Shown here piece after piece: positions 56,642-64,000 of a DNA stretch of 64,000 bases; the stretch's first letter is position 1; each line of letters opens with the position of its first letter. The position numbers and the translations under genes were made by a program. The DNA is from Felis catus (Eukaryota): positions 43,214,001 to 43,278,000 of the forward strand of contig NC_058382.1 in NCBI RefSeq assembly GCF_018350175.1. Direction: 5' to 3'. The notes beneath the pieces are model-generated. The model had not been told where the DNA came from and ran no database searches. It saw only the letters and a list, made by a program, of their open reading frames with translations.

Positions 56642-57099
56642 AATTGTTGAAGGTGCAAAATTTATGGAAGAATAGGAATACTGAGTCTTGGCAGGAGGGA
56701 AGGCATGGAACTGCCAGGAAAATATTTTCCTTACCTGTGGTTCACCTGGGTTAGCTGCACAGCATTTACCCAACAGCCCTGACTTAGAAACAGGCCTTAC
56801 TTTAAATGTTTGTATTGCCCAGGAAACGACGAAAATAAGTGATGAAAGGGCAATGGGTGGGAAGGAAATTATTGACAATCTGGTCACTTAAATCCTGGGG
56901 AAAGTTTGGGTGAGTTCTTTTCTCGTTAATAAAAATTAAACCCTTCGGGGCTCCGCCTGCTGCAAAAAGTAAAATAAAACGAACAACAGCAACAACAAAA
57001 AAAAACCACAGTATGACTAGGTTTTGAAGACCCGAACTGTACAAGATTACTCTTTGTCTCCAGCTGAGCCCCACTTGAGCATTTGAGTCTCCAGCCGAA

Positions 57100-58210
57100 G
57101 GAAAAGCCTCGACTGCTCGAAACCAGCTTTGGGCCGGGCTGGGCGCATGAACATTGGGACAGCAGAAACTATGGCTTTTGCCCTGGCTAGCTTTAGAGAA
57201 CCGCTCCAAAGAGTCGAAGTGGTGGCCAGAGCACCGAAGAGGAGGGGCGTTCGGGAGCGGAAACAGCCCAGGGGCCCAGGGAGGGGCGGCTAGGCCTGCT
57301 TGGGGCCTGGCCAGGCACGGAGGCGGGGCCCACTCCAAAAGACCGCGCAACTTGGGCGGGGCCAGACCAGCTGGGACCTGGCGACAACTGAGCCCTGACC
57401 CTTGCCTGGCGCCAACCTCGGGTGTTCCAGAGGCTTCCGCTAGACCACAATTCTCAGGGGCTCGCCCTGGCAGCCTCCCTCCCTGGCTTAGCCTCACCTC
57501 CCGCGCTGAGGGCTGTGTCTGGTCCCCAGCGCATAGCACACTGGGAACTGTAGTTTTCTCCTGGCGCACCTACGCCAGAAAGGAGGTCGGGGGAACTGCG
57601 TTTCCCAGAGTGCAGCGGGGTGGCGAGGGAAGGCAGGGGGGAAGGGACAGTCGGTCGCAGACCGCGCTGGGTTGCCGCCGCCGCCGCCGCCGCTGCCGCC
57701 ATCGTGCCAGCCCCTCGGGTGAGTGTCGGGGCTAGCGCGCCGGGGCGGGGGCTGGGCCGCTAGAGCCGCGCTCTGGGCCGCCTGGAGCCTCCGCTACCAG
57801 TCTCCGGGCGCCCCCCCACCCCCACCGGCGGCCCAAAGCCGCGCGGGGACGGGGCCATGTGTCGCGCGCGGCTCCGCCTCCCGCCGGTCCTCTGAGGCGG
57901 CGGCCGAGGGGAACACAGAGACAGGCGCCTATCCGGCAGTGTGGTGCCTATAGCGGGTGCAGCGGACTGCGCTGTGGCCAGGCTTTTTTTTCTCTGGTCC
58001 AGACCACCCGGATGGGGCTCTCCGGGCCCCGCCCCGTCTGGCCTAGCCCGGCCTGCCCGAGTCCCGTAAGCTCTGCAGGCAGGCTAGCGGGACGACCCCA
58101 GCCCCACGTCCTGCCACCCGCCAGCGAAGGATCCGGGGATGGGCAAGCGCCACCCGGCCCGCTCCGGAGTCAGCATTGGGTAAGGGCGCTTTCCTGCCGC
58201 AGCCCGGGAT
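57100..58210 (+). promoter_or_regulatory. NUTF2 CpG-island promoter
   Basis: CpG-rich, several GC boxes, ZNF143/THAP11-type motifs at 57444-57457, 57541-57554 (-) and 57595-57614. Confidence 0.75.
57620..57718 (+). other. NUTF2: NUTF2 non-coding exon 1 (5' UTR); coding exons lie right of the window; 5' boundary approximate
   Basis: ...GCAGACCGCGCTGGGTTGCCGCC...GCCATCGTGCCAGCCCCTCGG|gtgagt matches my recollection of the NUTF2 5' UTR; strong donor; syntenic position after THAP11. Confidence 0.75.
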
Positions 58211-60117
58211 TAGGACTCTCATCCGTTTCCCAACCATAGCAAGGCTAGGATATAGGTGAATGCTTCTCCCCTGCTTGTCTGCACGTTGGGAGTGAACAAA
58301 ACCTAACTCCCACTCTGTGGAACTCATGCGTAGGTTCCTGCGTGGAGAGTAGGGTCAGGGAATCTGGAGCGAGAGGGCTCCATGTGGAACTTAACCCTCC
58401 TCCAGCCTTGGAGGATCTGGCCTGATGCGAGGAAGCAGCTCTGGACTGGTAGGCTCAGACCCCGCCCTTCTATCAGAGACCAGGCCTCAACTGTGGTTGG
58501 GTTGGCCGGCTGTATTAGTGGAGGAGGGGAGGAAAAAGCCTAGGAGGTGAGGTTGGATATGAGAGCCCCCAACACGTTATTAGACCTGCTCCAGTGCATT
58601 CTAATCCTCACATCTGCCCTTTCCAGTCATTTGCCCTCTTCCCCAGAGGAGAATGATTCCGTAAGATTGGTGGTGATAAGGTTGGATTTAATGGAGGGGA
58701 AAGTAGGATTCAGACCTGAAGTCCATAAGCCCAGTGCCAAATAAGAGACTGGGCTTGAGATGACATTGGCGGTGAGCACTTTTGGGCCGCAGGGCTCAGA
58801 TTCAGATTCTGGGGCTCTTCTGAAGCGTGGGTGGGAGAACTAGAGTTGAAAGTTGCAGAAAGTCAGGCTTCTCTCACATGCTTGCTCACTTCTCACCAGG
58901 TGGAGTAACCTGTTTACAGGCAGGAGGCTGGTTGAACCTTGAGAAATTGCCTTCATTGATGAATCCAATGACCCCCTTGAGTCCTGGGAGAAGAGGAGTA
59001 TCTAGCCTTAGAGTAGTCTTCTGACAGGCTTTGTAAAGGTATTTCTGATTGAGTGATGATATATTAAGAGACCAGTCCAGAGAGGACCATGGGATTTTGG
59101 GAAGAGACAGCTTGTCGAGTCTTGATTCCTCTGACCCAGTATAGCTTCTGAGCTATAGTTTCTGTGAGGATTAAAGAAGCAGCTAAGTCTCCGTAGGCCT
59201 GGCTTCAGCAGCAAGCAGATCTCTTAAGAAAGTTGAGTTAGGCCCATGATGCAGGAAGCCACCACCGCTGGACGTTTTTTTTTTTCCCTTGAGTATTTCC
59301 CCGGGTGATATTTTTCTGGTCATTGGGCTCTAGCTTTGGCAGTTTTTCTGCAGTTGAATTGCTTTGTCTAGTCATTCTCCCTGATTAAGGAGAACAGGCA
59401 AAGATCTGTCCTGATCTCCTGATTCCCTTCCCTCTGTACTCAAACCTCCTAGTCCACATGCTGGCCCATAAACATGTGGAAGTCAGGTTCATTCAGCAAG
59501 CTCAGGAGAGGTCTGGTTTGCTAGTGGACATGGGCAAGAAGAAGGGACTGCCCTAAGAACATACACAGGATCCCTATGATAGAATCTCTTAGTACTAGAG
59601 ACAGCTGTTTCAAGACCCTCTGAAGATTGTCAGGATTCCTTTTGTCTAGGACACAGGTTTCACGTGAGGTAGGCTTACTGCTATGGATCAGTTTGCACAT
59701 TCCAAGGCCCTAAGTGACTTTATGATAATGGTTTTCTTCAGGGTCAAAAAGATACCATTCCTTCTTGAAGATTACCCAGGAGGAGGAAGAATTCCGGTTT
59801 CTCCCTCATTCCAATCCTAGAAGTTTTCTATAACTTCTGTGTCTGGGCTTAACTAGCCATTACCCGGCATCCTGACCCCCAGAAGTCCTTGATCTTTCTG
59901 GAATTTGGCAGGCCATCTGTATCTCAGAGATAAGAAGAGAGTCCTGAGATTCTCCAGAATCTGTCTGCACCTTCTATTCACATAGGGCTGACTTGGAAGT
60001 GGAGTTTGGCATGAAGCAGTCGAGATGTGGCTGCATAAGCATGGGGGCAGGGTGTGAGGATGCCTAGGTTCTCAACTCTAAACTAGGTCCTTTAGTGACA
60101 TAGAGTGCACTTCTCCT

Positions 60118-60570
60118 TTTTTTTTTTAAAGTTTTTATTTATTTTGAGAGAGAAAGAGCACGCATGTGTGCTGGCGGAGGGGCAGAGAGAGAGGGAGAGA
60201 AAGAATCCCAAGCAGGTTCCACTCTCAGCATGACTCAAAGCTGTATCTCATGACTGCAAGATCATGACCTGAGCTGATGTCAAGAATTGGATGCCTAGCC
60301 AACTGAACTATCCAGGAGCCCCGGCACCTCTCCTCTCTGAGCCACATCTCACTTAAAAAAAAAAATTATTGTTTATTTTTGAGAGAGAGACAGTGCATGC
60401 AAGTACAAGTGGGGGAGGGGCAGAGAGAGAGGGAGACACAGAATCTGAAGCAGGCTTCGGGCTATGGGCTGTCAGCACAGACCCTGATGCAGGGCTTGAA
60501 CCCATGAACCGTGAGATCATGACCTGAGCCAAAGTTGGACACTTAACCGACTGAGCCACCCAGGTGCCCC
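60118..60570 (-). mobile_element. Two CAN-SINEs (about 60118-60322 and 60355-60570)
   Basis: TSDs gcac(t/c)tctcct and tgagcca(c/t)atctcactt. Confidence 0.88.
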
Positions 60571-62009
60571 TGAGCCATATCTCACTTTATTCTGCTGTCT
60601 AATTTTAGAACTGGAAGACACCTCATATTAAAATATTCTAGAATTCCTCTACTGGAACATTAGTATCTTTCTTGGAACTTTCTTTTCCTTTCTTACCAAT
60701 GATTAGTATTATTCAACAACCATTCTTTGGCCCTTTTTGTGTAATAGGCTCTGAGCTGAAACTGAAGGTAGCAAAATGAGCCCTACCCAGTCCTGGTGCT
60801 GGGGAAAGGAGGAAATGTTACTATTACATACTTAGGGCTAATGTTACTATTATGTACTTAGGGTCTTTTGGCACAGAAGAAGGGGCTAGAGCACAGATGA
60901 AGAAAGGCTGTTAGTGAGCCTACTCTCCTCTCTGCTTCCAGCAGGAACCGTAGAGCAAGGCATTCTTCCACTGGTGTGTGCAGGAAGGTCTGGGGTCCCT
61001 TGAGCAATGCTGTCACCACTCCAGATTGCTGTGGCTTTTGGGTCTAGCTGCTGTCTTCTACAGCCTGCTTCTCTGTCCCAGGGGTCTCTGCTGGGCATTC
61101 TCCCACTGTCTGGGACTCTCACCAGCATTTTATGGTCTTCCCATTCCCTGAGTGGAGCCTGGGTGTGTGGCTTCTGCCCCTTTCAGTAAGACCCTCTCAG
61201 GTCACTTTTTTTCAAATGCCCAGTGCCTCTGAATGGTACCCATGAGGACATCTGCCCAGAGTGAGAAACAGAGCTGCCCACCCCCCAGAGATAAAAGGGA
61301 ATAGTCCTTTTGGAGAGAGGGGATCCAACAACGTTTCCGCAGGATGGACATTGAAAGTTGAGCAGGATTTCTAAAGAGCAGGGGTTGAACTGAACCTCCT
61401 CATGGAGATTTTTTTTTTTAATTTTTGCTGATGGGCCCTCTGAGAATGTTTGTGTATTTGAGGTTGGATTTGAATTGGCTACCCCTTCCCTGGCTTTGAG
61501 ACTTTCTTGCTTTGACCATATGTGATAAGAATTCCTGAATTGCTCCCTGAGGGAGTCAGCAGTGTGTGGGTTATCCTTGGAGTGACTTCCAGGCCCACGT
61601 GATATGATCATTTTGGTCAGCATCCTGGGCACCAGGTTTGTGTGGAATCATCCTCCTTCTCATCCTGTCAGCTAGAATGTGTCTTCCTGGGAAGAATCCT
61701 TTGTGCAGGTCTGGCTGTGACTGTGGAAGTGTCTTAGTGGCCAGGGAAGAACACTGGAGGGCTGGGGGTGGCCCTGCTCACTGGTCCTGGGTCTCCCACC
61801 ACCACCTGACCTGCTATGGCTTTCTTTTACTGCCCTGGGTCTTACTCCTTATCTGTTTGTGGTACCTGCTATGTGCCGACTCCCTAAGTCCCTAGAGTGG
61901 AGAGGAGCTACCCCTGAGAAGGAGAACCTCCCCCTCATGAGAGTGGTATTTTTGAGGTGCCTGGGAACTCAGGACTGTTTGCTTCAGTAAACTGAGGAAA
62001 TTCTGGGAT

Positions 62010-62236
62010 GTTTTTTCTTTTTTCTTTCTCTTTCCTTCTTTCTTTCTCTCTTTCTTTAATGTTTATTTATTTTTGAGAGAAAGAGTGAGAGAGAAAGAGA
62101 GAGGGAAACAGAGGATCCAAAGCAGGCTCCACGCTCACAGCATAGAGCCCGATGTGGGGCTCGAACTCATGAACTGCGAGATCATGGCCTGAGCTTAAGT
62201 TGAACCCTCAACCGACTGAGCCACCCAGGCACCCCT
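62010..62236 (-). mobile_element. CAN-SINE
   Basis: T-rich tail; head ends acccaggcacccc. Confidence 0.85.
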
Positions 62237-62734
62237 GGAATGTGTTTCTTAAAGCCTCTGATACTTCAGAGCCACTGGGTCTCACCAGGGCAGAGACTGC
62301 TGCCCCCTGGAGTGATGTCTGTGTGTAGAGACATTGGTTCCATTTGCAGAGGTGGTTTTACACCCAGGCGAACGCAAGTACTCACTTGTCCCTATGGTAT
62401 AGTCCTACTTTGACCAGTTGAGCATGCACTGAGGGTCTTTCTGTACTGAGGGGAATGGAATTTGTTGATTTCAGAGGGCAAGAAAAGGCCTGGGCTCCAT
62501 TCCTCAGCACTTCATTTGTTACCTCTACACTTTATGTTACTTGACATTGGCTCACAGCTGTTCTAGTCCAAGCCAGTTTTGTGGATATCTTAATGCTGGC
62601 TATGCCAGTGGCCCTATGTAGTCTTGAATTTTTTCTTAACCTCTTGGAGTCCTGGTTTCTGCATCTATAAAATGATGGTAATCATACTAGCTTTGCAGCT
62701 GTGAGGCTCAAATGAGAGAACACATGTAACTGTT

Positions 62735-62943
62735 TTTTTTTACATTTATTTTTTTTATTTTTGAGAGAGAGACAGACCGTGAGTGGGGGAGGGGCAGAGA
62801 GCTAGAGAGACACAGAATCTGAAGCAGGCTCCAGGCTCTGAGCTGTCAGCACAGAGCCTGACATGGAGCTCAAACCTACAAACTGTGAGACCATGACCTG
62901 AGCTGAAGTCGGACGCTCAACTGACTGAGACACCCAGGCGCCC
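62735..62943 (-). mobile_element. CAN-SINE
   Basis: TSD atgtaactgtttt flanks the element. Confidence 0.85.
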
Positions 62944-64000
62944 TCATATGTAACTGTTTTGCTTACAGAGGAAGTCATTCCATTCAGCACTCCGGAGACT
63001 CCGTGTGCATCTCTTTATTCCTCTGCTCACCTCAGTCTCAGAGTGTCATGGCAGTATTAGCCAGGCATGGTGGTAGCAGACCATGGGGGTGGTCACTTAG
63101 GGGCTTTAGGCCCAACTGGGGAGCCAAGTCCATGTATACCTGACCAGGAAGTTCATGACCTGGGGTTCAGTTCATGGATGGGGGCTGTCTAGGACAGGGT
63201 CCCTAGAAATCTCTGGGTCATGTGGGAAAGGGAGGCTACTTAGGGTCTGAGTAAGTACAGAGCAGGGGGACCAGAATGCAGATCTCAGAAATTAGCTTCT
63301 GGGCCGGCCAGGGTGTCCTGAAGGTTCTAGATCCCTCCTCCAGGCCAAAGAGGAGGAAAAGGCCTTCACTGGAGGCACTTAGGCCTCAGGGGTCTGCCCC
63401 AGGAAAGGGTTCTGTCCTGGCCAGCCATTCCGGCACTAGACCTTGGCTGATTTCTCTCCAGACTTCAGGCAGGGGAATGGTGGACTAGGCAGTTGGGAGT
63501 CCTGGATTGAGGCTGTTCCATGGTGTGGTATCCTTGTAGGAGGCTGAGGTAACCACCTTCTTTCTAGTTCTTGACCTCGGTGTTCACTTAGGACCTGACT
63601 GACTCCTTGCAGCTGGGTCTTCCTTTATACCCTCAGTTGATTACCCCTAACATCCCCAATTACTGGTGAGGAAACAGGGTCAAAGGGTCATACAACAAGG
63701 GAGAGGAGGAATAGGCTAGAGGCCAAGCCTTTGAGGGTGTGGTTGTGTGCCTGCTGTTGAGCCACAGCTGACCTTCTTTCAGGTGACCAGGGCTTTGGGA
63801 ATAAGTGAGGGGGTTGGACCAAGCCCTCCAATAGACAGATGACTGGGTAGTTGACAAAGGACTGTTTCCTGATGACTTAGAAGGTGCAGGTAGAGAGGAG
63901 GTGGGTCACTTAAATTCGGCAGGGTTCACCCAGAATTTGCTCCTCCTCCAGAGAAGGAGAGCTGGGCCAGGCACCATGGCAACAGGGATGCCCAGGTCAG

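Noticed and set aside
56802-57735. 255-aa (-) and 193-aa (+) ORFs at the NUTF2 CpG island
   Set aside because: Non-ATG starts, low-complexity GC-rich translations and no recognisable domain; long stop-free frames are expected in CpG islands.
59660-59667. TCACGTGA E-box/CLEAR palindrome in NUTF2 intron 1
   Set aside because: An isolated 8-mer is expected about once by chance in 64 kb; no supporting cluster.

Overview
This is mammalian genomic DNA, not prokaryotic. The abundant carnivore CAN-SINEs, including CpG-intact SINEC_Fc-like copies, point to a felid. The window matches the conserved gene-dense block RANBP10 (-) / TSNAXIP1 (+) / CENPT (-) / THAP11 (+) / NUTF2 (+), which I recall as human 16q22.1. 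Exon structures were traced by hand using GT-AG boundaries and reading-frame continuity. RANBP10 shows coding exons 1 and 3; exon 2 is not visible and most likely lies in the N-run at 28994-29141, and the rest of the gene is left of the window. TSNAXIP1 is complete (16 coding exons, 2139 nt, 712 aa), CENPT is complete (13 coding exons, 1716 nt, 571 aa from the second ATG), THAP11 is intronless (307 aa), and only non-coding exon 1 of NUTF2 is present. Introns are full of CAN-SINEs and L1, L2 and MIR fragments, and nine 132-197 nt N-runs interrupt the sequence. I found no evidence of a new protein-coding system; almost all other ORFs in the track are SINE or GC-rich artefacts. The most interesting observations are: (i) stacked retrotransposon insertions that reuse one target site and leave repeat-insert-repeat arrays; (ii) ZNF143/THAP11-type ACTACAnnTCCCA motifs in the THAP11 promoter and in two neighbouring CpG promoters; (iii) an RFX X-box on the TSNAXIP1 side of a bidirectional promoter; (iv) a proline-interrupted THAP11 polyQ; (v) protein differences in CENPT and TSNAXIP1 relative to my recollection of the human proteins. 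Gene identities and human comparisons come from memory, not from a database search. Repeat boundaries are approximate.
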